Assembly: GCA_963771175.1 (NCBI GenBank)
Contig: CAVYSY010000021.1
Coordinates: forward strand, 160,001-224,000
Direction: 5' to 3'
From: an uncultured delta proteobacterium
GTDB taxonomy: Bacteria; Myxococcota; Myxococcia; Myxococcales; Myxococcaceae
DNA length: 64,000 nucleotides
In this document: positions 63,372 to 64,000 of the stretch, piece after piece
Numbering within the stretch: the first letter of the stretch is position 1
Layout: the number at the start of each line of letters is the position of its first letter
Program-made: the position numbers and the translations under genes
Notes under the pieces: generated by a model
What the model was told of the DNA's origin: nothing
The model's database searches: none
What the model saw: only the letters and a program-made list of their open reading frames with translations

Positions 63372-64000
63372 CTAATGCCGCCCCAACTCCCTGTCCCAGG
63401 CAGCCAACTGCACGGTCACGGTGTATTTGTAGGCGCTGGAGAGAGCCTCGAACCTCTCCAGGGGAAGCGTGGAGAGGCGCTCGCGCAGGAAGTCCGGGTC
63501 GCTGAGCACCTCGGGGTGTTTGAATTCGGTGTCCACCTCTACCAAGACAGGAATCACCCGGAGCACGGCCTCCATGCAATCCTCTCGGGTAGCGCGAGCC
63601 ATGCGCTCCACCGTCAGGGCCATGTGCTCGCGGACCGAGGCCGGGCCTCCGGGGCACCAGGCCTCCAGGGTCTCGCTGTAGATGTACTCCATGAGGTCGT
63701 CGATTGTGTGGTGGGTGTCGGGCAACCTGTACACATAGCGAGGGCCCTGGAGCACATCCCAGAAGCGGAGCACAGAGGCGAGCCGGTTCGCCATGCGCTC
63801 AGCGCTCCGCCGCGGGGGCGGAGACACGGCGTGGTAGAGGGCGCCCCAAGGGGTGCTCAGGCAGAAGGACTCGAAGGCTGCTGCCGTGCGTTGACGCTCC
63901 TCCTCCTGGACGCATTCGTCCAGGCTGGTGAAGACGCTGAGAAACATGTGCACCCGCCAGCGCGGGTGGGTCGAGTCGAAATCGGCCCCCGAGTGCATTA
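63372..64000 (-). CDS. Hypothetical protein; start probably beyond the window
   Basis: Open frame reaching the window edge; less GC-biased codons; [21 protein letters not shown]. Confidence 0.6.
   Translation of the reverse strand, partial: MHSGADFDSTHPRWRVHMFLSVFTSLDECVQEEERQRTAAAFESFCLSTPWGALYHAVSPPPRRSAERMANRLASVLRFWDVLQGPRYVYRLPDTHHTIDDLMEYIYSETLEAWCPGGPASVREHMALTVERMARATREDCMEAVLRVIPVLVEVDTEFKHPEVLSDPDFLRERLSTLPLERFEALSSAYKYTVTVQLAAWDRELGRH

Overview
High-GC DNA whose gene content suggests a myxobacterium (Ser/Thr kinase, many lipoproteins, Gly-rich surface protein, M4 protease with PPC domains); the taxon is inferred, not shown. From left to right: (i) 1-10.8 kb, the proximal part of an aryl-polyene (APE)-type type II PKS/FAS operon on the minus strand, syntenic with apeC-M but with an inserted MIO ammonia-lyase and a fused ligase-dehydratase; (ii) 11-28 kb, envelope and signalling genes (LpoA-like lipoprotein, WD40 protein, degenerate transglycosylase, kinase, orphan CpaF ATPase), ung and a ParE/RelE-type TA pair; (iii) gyrA; (iv) 31-45 kb, accessory and housekeeping genes (putative papain-fold protein, CxxCH lipoprotein, HTH plus VIT-vWA, NfeD/slipin, TreT-like GT, amidohydrolase, NhaR-like LysR); (v) tRNA-Phe(GAA), followed by a roughly 4.2 kb gene apparently fusing HIT, PLD nuclease, SF2 helicase and a LexA-like S24 peptidase with an Ala-Gly site, which is the best candidate for an undescribed system; (vi) flavin monooxygenase, M16 pair, DUF1615, M4 protease and an acyl-CoA dehydrogenase operon. 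Many genes, including gyrA, carry apparent single-base frameshifts that most likely reflect sequencing or assembly indels. All calls come from reading motifs by eye; no database searches were run.
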